Positions 9,221 through 20,285 are shown, numbered from the stretch's first letter. The stretch is 64,000 nt of DNA from an uncultured Ruminococcus sp. (GCA_902795355.1 CADBKZ010000003.1:37516-101515); one strand, 5' to 3'. The notes: generated from the sequence alone by a model not told the origin. Made by a program: numbers and translations.

Positions 9221-10306
9221 TCAGAACTTCATGGGCTTGGAGTTCAGATACTTCTTGACCATGAGCGCCACCTTGAAGGTGATGGCATGTTCGAACTCGC
9301 GCAGGTCAAGGCCCGTGAGTTTGCGGATCTTTTCGAGGCGGTAAACCAGCGTGTTGCGATGCACAAACAGTTTGCGCGAGGTTTCCGAAACGTTCAGGTT
9401 GTTCTCGAAGAAGCATTGAATGGTGAGCAGCGTTTCGCGGTCGAGCGATTCGAGGCTCCCGCGCTTGAACACCTCTTGCAGGAACATTTCGCACAGCGTG
9501 GTGGGCAACTGATAAATCAAGCGGCCGATGCCGAGGTTTTCATAGCTCAAAATGCTCTTGTCGCTCTCAAACACCTTTCCCACGTCCAGCGCGATCTGCG
9601 CTTCCTTATAAGCGCGCGCCAGATCCTTGATGTTATCCACCACCGTGGAAATACCGATGGAAACCTTGGTATAGAACTCGGTGGAGAGCGTATCGGCGAT
9701 GTTGGTGGCAATCTTTTCCGCGTCGCGGCTGTCGGTTCCCTGCTTGATGTACTTGACCAGAACAATGTCGTGTTCGCCGACGCTGATCACATAGTCCTTG
9801 GTCTTGTCCGGAAACATGTTCTGCAGCATTTCAAACGGCATCATGTCGGTTTTGCCGTAGAACTTGATGAGAAATACGATGCGCGACTCCTCGGTGTTGA
9901 AATGCAGCTCCTTGGATTTGATATAAATATCGCTCGGCAGGATGTTATCGAGGATGATGTTTTTGATGAACGAGCCTTTGTCGTATTTTTCATCGTAAAG
10001 GTTCTTGATATTCCCGAGCGAGATCGCCAGCAACTTGGACATCTTCTCGGCCATCTTGTCCTCGCCCTCGACAAAAACAATGTAGTCGGCTTTCGGCCCC
10101 GACGAGAGCGACCGGTAAGTATAGCCGTCCACGGCGATGACCTCGCCCGCGTACCCGAGCTCCTCGCGGACGCCCTGACGAACCTCGCCGATCTTGACCA
10201 GCTCGGAACAGGAGATGATAACGCCGTTTTCATCGAGCACGCCGATAACGCGGTCAATAGCGTCCTTCATTTGGTGGATAACGCCTTGGAACAATTTGTT
10301 GGACAT
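9221..10306 (-). CDS. CdaR/PucR-family transcriptional regulator
   Basis: C-terminal HTH NLNVSETSRKLFVHRNTLVYRLEKI. Confidence 0.9.
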   Translation of the reverse strand: MSNKLFQGVIHQMKDAIDRVIGVLDENGVIISCSELVKIGEVRQGVREELGYAGEVIAVDGYTYRSLSSGPKADYIVFVEGEDKMAEKMSKLLAISLGNIKNLYDEKYDKGSFIKNIILDNILPSDIYIKSKELHFNTEESRIVFLIKFYGKTDMMPFEMLQNMFPDKTKDYVISVGEHDIVLVKYIKQGTDSRDAEKIATNIADTLSTEFYTKVSIGISTVVDNIKDLARAYKEAQIALDVGKVFESDKSILSYENLGIGRLIYQLPTTLCEMFLQEVFKRGSLESLDRETLLTIQCFFENNLNVSETSRKLFVHRNTLVYRLEKIRKLTGLDLREFEHAITFKVALMVKKYLNSKPMKF

Positions 10307-10485
10307 TTTAGTTCTCTCCTCTACGTTAAAATGGGAATGTGAAAAACCAACTATATTTTACACCATATTTTGTGATTTTTCAATAGGTTTTTCAATATTT
10401 TTCCTAATTTTTCGAAAAAATTTTCATGCAATGTGTAGAAAAGCCGTTGGGCAAACCGCACAAAGAGAAAATGATTCTCCGTTCT

Positions 10486-11232
10486 TCAAAGCTCCCATGC
10501 GAAGGAAAGCCCCGCCAGCGCGAAAACCGGCGCGGTTTCGGTTCGCAGAATGCGCTTTCCAAGCCCCACGGGAATCCAGCCGGCCGCCTTTGCCGCCTCG
10601 GCTTCCCCAAGCGAAAAGCCGCCCTCGCTCCCAACCATGAGCGCAACCGCGGGCCGCTCCGGCATCCGGCTCTTCGCCGCCGCCAGAACGCTCGGCAAAG
10701 GGGTTGTCCCCTCTCCCTCGTAGCAGATCAGCGCAAGGTCGAAACGCGCCGCCTCGGCCACGGCCTCGCGGAAAGGCTTTGCGGGGTCCACCGCGGGCAA
10801 AATGCCCCTGCCGCATTGCTTTGCGGCCTCGGCGGCAATGCGGTTCCGGCGCGCGTTTTTCTTTTCGCCGTCGCCGTCCCCGATCCGCGCCACGCACCGT
10901 TCGCTTTCAAACGGGACGATCCTTGAAACGCCGCACTCCACCGCTTTTTGAATTACGTTTTCCAATTTATCCGCTTTCGGGAGTCCTTGGTACAAAACCG
11001 CGATATACGGCGGCTCCCGATCGGTGGGGCGGCTCCGCTCCACGCGGGCGAGTACGCGGTCGGGGAGAAAGTCGGTCAGAACGCATTCATAGTCGGTGCC
11101 TTCCGCGTCGCATACGGTCACGCGCTCCCCCGCCGCCATTCGCAACGCGCGGGAGATGTGGTGCGCGTCCTCGCCCGAAACGGTCACTATCCCGTTCCGG
11201 ATGTCCTCTTTTGCAACAAAAAAACGAGGCAT
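10486..11232 (-). CDS. rsmE: 16S rRNA m3U1498 methyltransferase
   Basis: MPRFF, HHISRALRM, EAAKQCGR, GSEGGFS, LGKRILRTETA. Confidence 0.95.
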   Translation of the reverse strand: MPRFFVAKEDIRNGIVTVSGEDAHHISRALRMAAGERVTVCDAEGTDYECVLTDFLPDRVLARVERSRPTDREPPYIAVLYQGLPKADKLENVIQKAVECGVSRIVPFESERCVARIGDGDGEKKNARRNRIAAEAAKQCGRGILPAVDPAKPFREAVAEAARFDLALICYEGEGTTPLPSVLAAAKSRMPERPAVALMVGSEGGFSLGEAEAAKAAGWIPVGLGKRILRTETAPVFALAGLSFAWEL

Positions 11233-11399
11233 TGCGCAATCTCCTTCGCGTTTTTTATGGAAATTGATTTGATTATACATCATTTTCACCAATTTGTCAA
11301 GACCTATTTTGTGATAAATGCCGATTTTTTTCGATTTTTTTAGAAAAAGCCTTTTTCAACGCCCAAAAATGCGTTTTCGGCGTTGCGGAGAACCGGAAA

Positions 11400-11432
11400 A
11401 TCCGCGCGGCAACAAAACGTTGCCGCGCGGAT
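11400..11432 (-). terminator. Intrinsic terminator
   Basis: ATCCGCGCGGCAAC...GTTGCCGCGCGGAT stem with a T tract on the minus strand. Confidence 0.7.
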
Positions 11433-11453
11433 GCGATACCCGCCCGTTCGGGG

Positions 11454-11987
11454 TCAGTTGCGCAGAAAGATCCGGAACGCAAGCACAACCAGAGAAACCA
11501 GCCAGATATCATGCAGAATGAAAATGATGCCCGCCAACCGGCTGACGCGGAAAAAGCAGACGGTTGTTAAAACGGCGAGCGCGGCCGCGATTACGGCTTC
11601 CAACAGCGCGAGCAGAACCAACCCGCCCGCAAAAAGCGACGGATACCAAAAAAGCTCGGTTGCCGCCATTAAAACATAAATCATGCACCCTTTGTACTTT
11701 TCCGCGGCGCATCCGAGCGAACGGAACCCGAGAACGAACCCCGCGGCGCAGCCCGCCGTAAACAGCGCGAGCGCGGAAAGCAGAGAAAACAGCCAAACAG
11801 GCGGTATCAGATCCGAAATGCCGAGTTCGAGCATGATGCGGTATGGGTTGCCGCAGAACGCGCGCACGGCCAGATAGCAGAGCGCGGAAAGGATCCCCAC
11901 CGCGAGCGTGGAAAACAGACTTGTTTGCGCGGCTTCCCGCGAAATCCAAGCTCCGGCCGTTGTTTTTCCGCATCTTTTCCCGAACAT
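11454..11987 (-). CDS. TspO/MBR-like membrane protein
   Basis: About 5 TM helices, PPVWLF and LFWYPSLF motifs. Confidence 0.65.
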   Translation of the reverse strand: MFGKRCGKTTAGAWISREAAQTSLFSTLAVGILSALCYLAVRAFCGNPYRIMLELGISDLIPPVWLFSLLSALALFTAGCAAGFVLGFRSLGCAAEKYKGCMIYVLMAATELFWYPSLFAGGLVLLALLEAVIAAALAVLTTVCFFRVSRLAGIIFILHDIWLVSLVVLAFRIFLRN

Positions 11988-12055
11988 CGTTTCCTCCCGC
12001 GGGCCGCCCGACGTTCGCGCCCCGACATTCGATATTTATGCGCGGAGCGAACGGT

Positions 12056-14545
12056 TTATGCCTCGTCGGTCTCCTTTTTCGGCGGCAACGCCGCGTTCTC
12101 CCATGGGAGCGGCAGGCGGGCGGCGGGTTCTTCCCACGGGGCCGGAGCGGCGGGAGCGGGTTCATCGGTCGTCTCTTCGGCGGTTCCGGTGTGAACGGCG
12201 CAGGAGCGGTTAAACGGGAGCTTGGTTGCGCTCCGGCCGCAGTAATCGCCCAAGCCCGCCTCGAAATACGCCTCGGAGGAATGGGCGTTCGGCGCATAGG
12301 AATACGGGACGCCGCGAAAGACATACTGCGCGTCCGAAACCGTGACCTGCATGGGGAAATGGCGGGTGACGCGCAGGAGCGAAACGGTTTTTCGCTCGCC
12401 GACCGGACATTTACCATGGCAGACCCCGCCGCCCTGATCGACCTCGACGGGGATATGGCGATCACATGAAGCGGACGGCTCGGTTCCCTTGACGAACCAC
12501 CCCGCTTCCCCGCGATTCCCGCGCGGGTCGAGCGCGCAGGACGCGGCGGGCAATTTCCCCGAATCCTTGCAATAGGCGCATCGGATCACGTTGTTGGGAA
12601 CCGCGAAAGCGGTCCGGCCGCCCCGCAACTCCACCACGCGGTGCATAACCCGATTCCAGATCGCCGTACAGGGATTGTTGCCCTTGACGGGCTCCGGATA
12701 TTCAAAGCCGCACCAAACGCCGCAGATTACGTCGGGAGTATACCCGATGAACCAACGGTCGCGATCGTCCTGCGAGGTGCCGGTTTTCCCCGCGCATTCG
12801 CAGATTTTATCGAGCGTGACCGAAGAGGACGTCCCATGCTGAACCACGCCCTGCAACAGCTTGGTCATAACGGCGGCGTTCCCCTCGGACAATACCGCTT
12901 CGGCGCGGTCGGGGCATGAAAGAAGCGTTTTCCCGTTCGCGTCGGTCACGCGGAAATAGGAGCGGTAGGGGTGGTACACGCCCCCGTCCGCAAAAACGGT
13001 ATAAGCGGCCGTCAATTCGCGCAGGGTGGTTCCGTATTGCATTTGCCCCAGAGCCAGCGCGGCGGCGTTGCAATCGGTCGCTTCCCCGTTTTCCAACAAA
13101 CTCTCCAAATGGAATTTTTCTCTGGCGAAGCGGAACGATTCCCGCAATCCCACGTCCTGCAAAACGCGGACGGCAACCGTATTGACCGACTGCGCCACCG
13201 CGAACGAAATATTGGTCAGCCCGCGGTAATACCCCGAACCGTTGCGCGGCCAAGGGCGGTTTCCGTTCTCCCCGAACTCCACGGGAACGTCGTCGTATAC
13301 GCTCGACCATGTGATCTTTCCGAGTTCGAGCGCGGGACCGTAAACCGTGATCGGTTTGATGGCCGACCCCGGGGGCCGCTTGGTTTGCGTTGCGAAATTT
13401 TGCAGGCGGTTGGCGGTTTTCTCACCGACCGCGCCCGCAACGCCGAGAATGTCGCCCGTTTTTGCGTCGATCACGATCAACGCTGATTGCGCGGATTCCC
13501 CTTTGGCGTTTTTCGGCGTTTCCACGGCGGCGCGATAGTAATTTTCCACGTATTTCTGAATTTCTTCATCCATGGCGACGTCGATCCGCAAACCGCCCGA
13601 AAGTGCCTTTCGGGAAGCCGCCTCGCGGGTCATGCCATAGGTTGCGGAAAGGTCGGCGATCACATCGTCGATCACCATGTCGAGATACCACGAGCGAATC
13701 GGTTCCCCTTCGGTTTTGCCGCTCTCCGCGCGCAGTTCCAGCGGGGCGTTTTTGGCGGCCTCGCAGGCATCCGCTTCCAAATACCCCTGCCGTTCCATTT
13801 CGGTCAGGATCAGATTGCGGCGGGCGATGGCATGGTCTGGGTGGCGGAACGGGTTATAATAGCTCGGTTGGTTGGTAATGGCCGCTATGGTGGCGCATTC
13901 GGGCAAAGTAAGCTCGGAAACCGACTTTCCGAAATAGCGCAAAGCTCCCTCGGAAATTCCGCGGCACCCGTCCGAGAGCGGGAGAATATTCAGGTAGCGT
14001 TCCAGAATTTCGGTTTTATCGAGACTGCGTTCGAGATCGCGCGCGAAAAAGACTTCCTGCACTTTGCGCCGCACCGAAACCTCGTTTTCCCCCGTTACGT
14101 TCTTGACCAACTGCTGCGTGATGGTGGACGCGCCGAAGCGGTCCGAAAACCCCAGCACGTAGTTCAGCCCCGCCGCCGCGGTGCGATACCAATCCACCCC
14201 GCGGTGCTCGAAAAAGCGTTTATCCTCGATTGCGACAATGGCGTGGATCATATCCTCGGGAATTTCGCGGTAGGGCGCGTAGGGCGCGGTTTTCGCAACG
14301 GAAACGCCCTCGGTGATCTGCTCCTCTTCCCCAACGCGGTTGGCGCGGTCGGTAAACCGGTAGCGGTAAAATACCGGCGGGGCGTTCGCGGCTTCCGTCG
14401 CCGCGAAACGTTCAAGGTCCACATCGGCGGCGAACGCCTTTTCCATCCAGAGTCCCGCGGCCGTGATCGCGACCGCCAAGCCGAGCAAGACCACGCAGAT
14501 TGCCGCCATAAAGATCCGCCAAACCGTCCGCAATTTTCGTTTCAT
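12056..14545 (-). CDS. Class A penicillin-binding protein (transglycosylase/transpeptidase)
   Basis: EDKRFFEH, GASTITQQLVKN, SAIK, SVN and KTGT motifs. Confidence 0.93.
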   Translation of the reverse strand: MKRKLRTVWRIFMAAICVVLLGLAVAITAAGLWMEKAFAADVDLERFAATEAANAPPVFYRYRFTDRANRVGEEEQITEGVSVAKTAPYAPYREIPEDMIHAIVAIEDKRFFEHRGVDWYRTAAAGLNYVLGFSDRFGASTITQQLVKNVTGENEVSVRRKVQEVFFARDLERSLDKTEILERYLNILPLSDGCRGISEGALRYFGKSVSELTLPECATIAAITNQPSYYNPFRHPDHAIARRNLILTEMERQGYLEADACEAAKNAPLELRAESGKTEGEPIRSWYLDMVIDDVIADLSATYGMTREAASRKALSGGLRIDVAMDEEIQKYVENYYRAAVETPKNAKGESAQSALIVIDAKTGDILGVAGAVGEKTANRLQNFATQTKRPPGSAIKPITVYGPALELGKITWSSVYDDVPVEFGENGNRPWPRNGSGYYRGLTNISFAVAQSVNTVAVRVLQDVGLRESFRFAREKFHLESLLENGEATDCNAAALALGQMQYGTTLRELTAAYTVFADGGVYHPYRSYFRVTDANGKTLLSCPDRAEAVLSEGNAAVMTKLLQGVVQHGTSSSVTLDKICECAGKTGTSQDDRDRWFIGYTPDVICGVWCGFEYPEPVKGNNPCTAIWNRVMHRVVELRGGRTAFAVPNNVIRCAYCKDSGKLPAASCALDPRGNRGEAGWFVKGTEPSASCDRHIPVEVDQGGGVCHGKCPVGERKTVSLLRVTRHFPMQVTVSDAQYVFRGVPYSYAPNAHSSEAYFEAGLGDYCGRSATKLPFNRSCAVHTGTAEETTDEPAPAAPAPWEEPAARLPLPWENAALPPKKETDEA

Positions 14546-14667
14546 TGTGTTTTTCTCCGTTCTTCCGATCGTTGATTCATAGTGTTTCCGAAAAAATGCG
14601 AATATCGTCACCGCGGGCGGGAAAAACTATGATTACCCGAATTTCTAAAAATTGAAAGGAAAGGCAA

Positions 14668-15120
14668 ATGAACATCGGAAGAATTTTTGCCGCGCTTTGC
14701 GGAATGCTTTTAGCGGTCGTTCTGATCTTTTCCGTCAGTACGCTGGCGGTTCTGCGCGGCACGGTTGCGGAAGCAAACGACGTTCGCGCCCGCGCCGAAA
14801 CGGTATTGGAAGAACTCCGCGCGGAAATGGACAAGGCCGAGGCAATTGCCGTTAACGCCAAGCCCTCCGCCCCGCCGCCCGCGGAAAACGGCGACCAACG
14901 CGACCCCGCCGCAGCCGAAACCGCGGGAACGGCGCATGTGTTCGTTCTGCGCGCTTACGACGGGAAAATCGGCGTTTTTACGGAAGAGGGCTACCTGATC
15001 CGCACGGTGGACGCCGACCTTCGCCTGCTCCCCGCCGCCGACCGCGCGGCTTTGGAAGAAGGGATCCGCACCACATCATGGAAAGAGTTATTGGCGCGGA
15101 TCGAGGATTACGAACCATAA
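14668..15120 (+). CDS. BofC C-terminal-domain-like protein
   Basis: N-terminal TM, then YDGKIGVF...LPAADRAALEEGI...LLARIEDY. Confidence 0.7.
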   Translation: MNIGRIFAALCGMLLAVVLIFSVSTLAVLRGTVAEANDVRARAETVLEELRAEMDKAEAIAVNAKPSAPPPAENGDQRDPAAAETAGTAHVFVLRAYDGKIGVFTEEGYLIRTVDADLRLLPAADRAALEEGIRTTSWKELLARIEDYEP

Positions 15121-15161
15121 AAAAGGACGGGGACGCAATGCGTGCGTCTCCGTCCTTTTTT
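15119..15161. terminator. Bidirectional terminator
   Basis: AAAAGGACGGGGACGCA...TGCGTCTCCGTCCTTTT between convergent genes. Confidence 0.88.
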
Positions 15162-15172
15162 CGGTTTTGCGC

Positions 15173-16666
15173 TTACTCCGCCCAGCGAAGCGAACGCTCC
15201 ACGGCGCGGTGCCAACCGCGCAGCAGGGCTTCCCTGCGGGCGGGTTCCATTGCCGGCGTGAACCGACGCTCGGGCTTCCAATCGGAGCGGATGGATCCGG
15301 TATCGGAATAATACCCCACGCCAAGCCCCGCCAGAAACGCCGCGCCGAGCGCCGTGGTCTCCACGCACATCGGCCGCATGATCTCCAAGCCGAGAATGTC
15401 GGCCTGAAACTCCAAGAGGAAATTGTTTGCCGATGCACCGCCGTCCACGCGCACGGAACGAATCGGAAACGGCGCGTCCTTCTGCATGGCGTCCAGCACG
15501 TCGGCCGTTTGATAAGCCATGGCTTCGAGCGCGGCGCGGACGATATGCTCCGACTTGACGGCGCGCGTCAACCCCTGAATGCTTCCGCGCGCGTAGGCGT
15601 CCCAATACGGCGCGCCGAGGCCGACGAATGCCGGAACAAGATACACCCCCGCGCTATCCGCAACCGAGCGCGCCATCGCCTCGGTGTCCCGCGCGTGGCG
15701 GAAGAGCTTCATGCCGTCGCGCAGCCATTGCACGATTGCACCACACATGAACACCGAGCCTTCCAGCACATATCGCGTTTCGCCGCCGATCTTCCAGCCC
15801 ACGGTGGTCAGAAGCCCCTGCGAGGAGTTGATGGGGCGGTCGCCCGTGTTCATCAGCAGGAACCCGCCGGTTCCATACGTGTTTTTAACGTCTCCGGCAT
15901 CGAAACAGCATTGTCCGAACAACGCCGATTGCTGGTCCCCCGCCACGCCCGCAATCGGAATTTCCTTTCCGAACAGGTTCGGGTCGCTCACGCCGAACAT
16001 GCCCGACGACGGACGGACTTCCGGCAGCATGCAGGCGGGGATCCGGAACAGGCGCAGCAGCTCTTCGTCCCATTGCATGGTGTGAATGTTGAACAGCAGG
16101 GTTCTCGCGGCGTTGGAAGGGTCGGTTCCGTGAACTTTTCCCGCCGTCAGATGCCAGATCAGCCATGTGTCGATTGTCCCGAACAGAAGCTCTCCCCGCT
16201 CGGCACGCGCCCGCGCGCCGTCCACATGGTCGAGAATCCACGCGAGTTTGGTGGCGGAAAAATAGGGATCGGCCAAAAGGCCGGTTCTGGCATGGATCTC
16301 CGGCTCGACGCCCCGCCGCTTCATCTCGGCGCACTCCTCGGCCGTCCGCCGGCATTGCCAGACGATGGCGGGATGGATCGGCTTTCCCGTTTCCCGCTCC
16401 CAAACGATCACCGTTTCCCGCTGGTTGGTAATGCCGATGGCGGCAACATCCGCGGGTCCGATGCCCAATTTCAGCATGGCTTCCACGGCAACGCCCATTT
16501 GGGACGCCCATATTTCGGTGGGGTCCTGCTCTACCCAGCCGTCGTTGGGATAATATTGCTTAAATTCGCGGTTGACCTGCGAACAGATCGTTCCCTGCCG
16601 GTCAAAAAGAATACAGCGCGAACTTGTGGTGCCTTGGTCCAATGCCATCAGATAAGATTGCTTCAT
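15173..16666 (-). CDS. glpK: Glycerol kinase
   Basis: [34 protein letters not shown]. Confidence 0.97.
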   Translation of the reverse strand: MKQSYLMALDQGTTSSRCILFDRQGTICSQVNREFKQYYPNDGWVEQDPTEIWASQMGVAVEAMLKLGIGPADVAAIGITNQRETVIVWERETGKPIHPAIVWQCRRTAEECAEMKRRGVEPEIHARTGLLADPYFSATKLAWILDHVDGARARAERGELLFGTIDTWLIWHLTAGKVHGTDPSNAARTLLFNIHTMQWDEELLRLFRIPACMLPEVRPSSGMFGVSDPNLFGKEIPIAGVAGDQQSALFGQCCFDAGDVKNTYGTGGFLLMNTGDRPINSSQGLLTTVGWKIGGETRYVLEGSVFMCGAIVQWLRDGMKLFRHARDTEAMARSVADSAGVYLVPAFVGLGAPYWDAYARGSIQGLTRAVKSEHIVRAALEAMAYQTADVLDAMQKDAPFPIRSVRVDGGASANNFLLEFQADILGLEIMRPMCVETTALGAAFLAGLGVGYYSDTGSIRSDWKPERRFTPAMEPARREALLRGWHRAVERSLRWAE

Positions 16667-16684
16667 GGTTCCGTTGCTCCTTTT

Positions 16685-17398
16685 TTACGGAATTGAATGG
16701 AATTTGCGGCATTGCGCGGAAAAGGTTTCCGCGGCGTGCCGCGCTTCGCCGCAGAGTTTCGCAATTGCGCCGAAGCGCATTTGCCGCCCGTTGCGGTCCA
16801 GATCCGCCGCTTCGGCCGCTCCTGTGAAAAACGCCCCGATTACGGCCTCGGAAAATTCCGCCACGCGGGCGGAAAGCGTTTCCGCGCGGGCAAAAAACGC
16901 CGCCTGCCGGTTTTGCGCGGCGGCAACTTCGCCCATTAAGGCTTCGTCGCCGAGAACGGCGGCAACCGTTTCCACGCGGTGCGTTTGGAAACGCTCCTCT
17001 TCCCAGAACGTGGAAATTGCAAGCAGCACGTTGCCGAGCGCGGTTTTCCGCTCGTTGAGCCACTCGAACAGCATTCCGAGCGGAAGGATGAACGCGCCGC
17101 CGTCCCCGCTCCCGAACAGGCTTTGCGGAAGCGTTTGCGCGAAAGTCTCCATCCGTTTCCCCACCCCGTCGGCGATCTCGGCGCAGGTTGCGGCGTAAAC
17201 CCGCAAGCGCGCCTCGCGGCCGGCAATTGCCTCGTTCTGCTCCGCAAGGAGTTTCCCCGCGGCCGCCCGAAACCCTTCGGGGTTCGCGGCAATGTTCCTG
17301 CGGAGCCGTTCTTCCTCGGGAAAGAAAACGAAAGAGGACTGCTGCAAAGGGGAATTTGCCACAGTCCTGCTCTCGCGCGGGTCAGCGGATCTCGACAT
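16685..17398 (-). CDS. Hypothetical alpha-helical protein
   Basis: 237-aa ORF filling the gap between khpA and glpK; no motif recognised. Confidence 0.5.
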   Translation of the reverse strand: MSRSADPRESRTVANSPLQQSSFVFFPEEERLRRNIAANPEGFRAAAGKLLAEQNEAIAGREARLRVYAATCAEIADGVGKRMETFAQTLPQSLFGSGDGGAFILPLGMLFEWLNERKTALGNVLLAISTFWEEERFQTHRVETVAAVLGDEALMGEVAAAQNRQAAFFARAETLSARVAEFSEAVIGAFFTGAAEAADLDRNGRQMRFGAIAKLCGEARHAAETFSAQCRKFHSIP

Positions 17399-17618
17399 TG
17401 ATTTTTTTGCCGGTTCCCGCCGCCGCGGATTTGATCACCGTGCGGATCGCTTTCGCGATTCTGCCGTGTCTGCCGATCACCATGCCCATATCGTCCGGAG
17501 CGACGGTGAGCGTGAGCGTAACGGTGCGGTCGTCCTCTTCTTTGGTTACGCGCACTTCATCGGGAGAATCAACGATCGCCTTTGCGATGTCCGCCAAGGT
17601 TTGTTCCAATCCAGCCAT
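17382..17618 (-). CDS. khpA: KH-domain RNA-binding protein KhpA/YlqC
   Basis: DMGMVIGRHGRIAKAIRT; follows rpsP. Confidence 0.92.
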   Translation of the reverse strand: MAGLEQTLADIAKAIVDSPDEVRVTKEEDDRTVTLTLTVAPDDMGMVIGRHGRIAKAIRTVIKSAAAGTGKKINVEIR

Positions 17619-17638
17619 ACCGATACCCCTTTCGGAGA

Positions 17639-17884
17639 TCAATCCACAATGCCGCTCTTTTTCAGCAGCGCTTTGACGGTTTCGGTGGGCTGGGCGCCGT
17701 TGGAGATCCACTTCTTCGCCTTCTCGGCGTCGATCTTGATCTCAACGGGAGAGGTAAGCGGGTTGTAATAGCCAATTTCCTCGATAAAACGTCCGTCTCT
17801 CGGGGAGCGGCTGTCCGCTACGATTACGCGATAGAACGGCGCCTTTTTCGCACCGATTCTTCTGAGTCTCATTTTTACTGCCAT
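17639..17884 (-). CDS. rpsP: 30S ribosomal protein S16
   Basis: [19 protein letters not shown]...[10 protein letters not shown]. Confidence 0.98.
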   Translation of the reverse strand: MAVKMRLRRIGAKKAPFYRVIVADSRSPRDGRFIEEIGYYNPLTSPVEIKIDAEKAKKWISNGAQPTETVKALLKKSGIVD

Positions 17885-17931
17885 GGTTTTCTTCCTCCAA
17901 AAAAGATATAAAAATTTTATAAATGAACGGT

Positions 17932-19275
17932 TCAGAATGGCATTTTCATTCTGCCGAGCATTCTCTTTCCCTGTTTGCCCTTCCCCATATCGGAGAACTG
18001 CTTCATCATTTTGAGCATCTGGTCAAACTGTTTGAGCAGTTTGTTCACATCCTCGACCGTGGTCCCCGACCCCTGCGCAATGCGTTTTTTCCGCGAGGCG
18101 TTGATTACGGACGGATAGGTGCGCTCCCGCGACGTCATGGACTTGATGATGGCCTCGTTGCGGGCAAACGTTTTTTCGTCCACTTTCACGTCTTTGAGCG
18201 CGTTGCGGTTCACCCCCGGCATCATACCGAGGAGCTGTTCGAGATTCCCCATTTTCCGCAGCTGCGCCATTTGCGCAAGATAATCGTCCAGCGTAAAGGT
18301 CTGCTTGCGGATCTTCTCTTCCAACGCCGCCGCCTGCTTTTCGTCGTAGGCCGCCTGCGCTTTGTCAATCAGCGTCAGCACGTCGCCCATTCCGAGGATC
18401 CGCGACGCCATGCGGTCGGGATAGAACGGTTCAATGGTATCGAGCTTTTCGCCCGTACCCACAAATTTGATGGGTTTTCCCGTTACATACCGAATGGAAA
18501 GCGCCGCGCCGCCGCGGGTGTCGCCGTCGAGTTTCGTCAGGATAACGCCGGTAATATCGAGCAGGTTATTGAACGTTTCCGCAACGTTGACCGATTCCTG
18601 ACCGATCATGGCGTCCACGGTGAGCAGAATTTCGGCGGGGTTGACCGCCTTTTTGATGTTCTGCAATTCTTCCATGAGCGCTTCGTCGATCTGGAGACGG
18701 CCGGCCGTGTCGATAAACACCATGTCGAAGCCTTTTTGCTCGGCGTACTTGACGCCCTGCTTCGCGATTTCCACGGGGGAGACCCGATCGCCGAGGCTGA
18801 ACACGGGAATTTCGAGCTTTTCGCCCACCACCTCGAGCTGTTTGATCGCGGCGGGGCGGTAAACGTCGCCCGCCACCAGCAACGGGTGTTTGCCCTGCTT
18901 TTTATAAAGCCCCGCGAGCTTGCCCGCATGGGTGGTTTTGCCCGCGCCCTGCAAACCGACCATCATAACCACGGTGGGGGGCTTGGGGGCAATGGTGAGC
19001 TTGGACTGCGTTCCGCCCATCAGCCGCGTCAACTCCTCGTTGACGATTTTGACGACCTGCTGCGCCGGAAGCAGGGATTCGAGCACCTCTGCCCCCACAG
19101 CCCGTTCGGACACGATCTTGATGAAATCGCGCACGACCTTGAAGTTGACGTCCGCTTCCAGCAGGGCGAGCTTGATCTCGCGCATGCCCGCTTTTACGTC
19201 GGCTTCGGTGAGTTTTCCTTTATTCCGAAAACGCTTGAACGCGTTGCTTAACTTCTCTCCGAGACTTTCAAACAA
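17932..19275 (-). CDS. ffh: Signal recognition particle protein
   Basis: [21 protein letters not shown] domain; TTG start. Confidence 0.98.
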   Translation of the reverse strand: MFESLGEKLSNAFKRFRNKGKLTEADVKAGMREIKLALLEADVNFKVVRDFIKIVSERAVGAEVLESLLPAQQVVKIVNEELTRLMGGTQSKLTIAPKPPTVVMMVGLQGAGKTTHAGKLAGLYKKQGKHPLLVAGDVYRPAAIKQLEVVGEKLEIPVFSLGDRVSPVEIAKQGVKYAEQKGFDMVFIDTAGRLQIDEALMEELQNIKKAVNPAEILLTVDAMIGQESVNVAETFNNLLDITGVILTKLDGDTRGGAALSIRYVTGKPIKFVGTGEKLDTIEPFYPDRMASRILGMGDVLTLIDKAQAAYDEKQAAALEEKIRKQTFTLDDYLAQMAQLRKMGNLEQLLGMMPGVNRNALKDVKVDEKTFARNEAIIKSMTSRERTYPSVINASRKKRIAQGSGTTVEDVNKLLKQFDQMLKMMKQFSDMGKGKQGKRMLGRMKMPF

Positions 19276-19302
19276 GGGCTTCCCTCCTTTCGGTGCGCGG
19301 CG

Positions 19303-19635
19303 TTACCGAACCGCTTTTGCAAGATCTTCCGCCGCTTTCCGGACCTCGCTGCCGACCGCTTCCGCATCCAACAGCGAAAGCAACCGCTCGGCGCACTTCT
19401 GCGTTTGCTCGAAGCGCGCGGCAAGGCCCAGCTTTTCTTCGAGGAACCGAAGCTCCTCCCCCGCTTTTCCGATCAGCTCCCGAACCGCCTGACGGCTGAC
19501 CCCGAGCTCTTCCGCGATCTCCGCGAGGGAGAGATCGTCGTTATAATAATAATCCAAAACGGTGCGTTTGCGTTCGGAGAGCACGTCTCCGTAAAAATCG
19601 AGCAAAAAGCCGATTTTCAAATCCTTTTCAAACAT
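19303..19635 (-). CDS. ylxM: YlxM-family DNA-binding protein
   Basis: LLDFYG...YYNDDLSLAEIAE...SRQAV; upstream of ffh. Confidence 0.93.
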   Translation of the reverse strand: MFEKDLKIGFLLDFYGDVLSERKRTVLDYYYNDDLSLAEIAEELGVSRQAVRELIGKAGEELRFLEEKLGLAARFEQTQKCAERLLSLLDAEAVGSEVRKAAEDLAKAVR

Positions 19636-19652
19636 TTCGCGCACCTCGCAGC

Positions 19653-19705
19653 TGTAAAGCAAAACGCTTTACACATATTGTATCACGTTTCATCCGGTTT
19701 GTCAA
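19653..19705 (-). promoter_or_regulatory. ylxM-ffh promoter with downstream palindrome
   Basis: TTGACA (19700-19705), 17 bp, TACAAT (19677-19682); TGTAAAGC-N5-GCTTTACA at 19653-19673. Confidence 0.75.
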
Positions 19706-20285
19706 GTGTTTTTTGATTTTTCTTCCCGTTTTTTTCGTTTGGCAGGAATTTTTCCCGCAAACGGCAGAGCAGGCCCGAGAGCGGGCGGAACAGGAGCGGA
19801 AACACAACCGCGTTGCATGCGATTTGAACCACATAGAACCATGTTCCCCGCAGATAATAAATGCGGAACCGCCGCCAGAAATCGGTCAGAAAGCCCGTAA
19901 ACAACCCAACATCCACCAAAGAGGTCAGAACGCCGAACCAAACGGTGAGCGCAACGGCAACCGCCGTTAAAACAACGCGATTGCGCACATTCCGCTTTCC
20001 CAACAGCATGAAAACAAAAGCCACAAACGGCCAATACAAATAATAGGACAGCACCCATGTATTGTACCCGTAAATCAATGGCTCTATGGTAACGAATATA
20101 ACGGCCGACAGCACGCCCGACCAGCCGAAGCAATAGCCGAACAGGGCTGTCAGAAGCGTAACGCCCTCAACATTCGGCAGGAACGCAAGGGCGAGTTTAA
20201 CGGCTTCGATCAGCGCGGCGCAGATCCCCGTCAGGGCAATCCGGAAGATTACGCCGCGCGTTGCGGATCGTTTGGAAATCATCAA
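19683..20285 (-). CDS. ECF transporter S component (CbrT-like, probably cobalamin)
   Basis: Hydrophobic ~200 aa with LPNVEGVT motif; downstream of a B12 riboswitch. Confidence 0.75.
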   Translation of the reverse strand: MMISKRSATRGVIFRIALTGICAALIEAVKLALAFLPNVEGVTLLTALFGYCFGWSGVLSAVIFVTIEPLIYGYNTWVLSYYLYWPFVAFVFMLLGKRNVRNRVVLTAVAVALTVWFGVLTSLVDVGLFTGFLTDFWRRFRIYYLRGTWFYVVQIACNAVVFPLLFRPLSGLLCRLREKFLPNEKNGKKNQKTLDKPDET

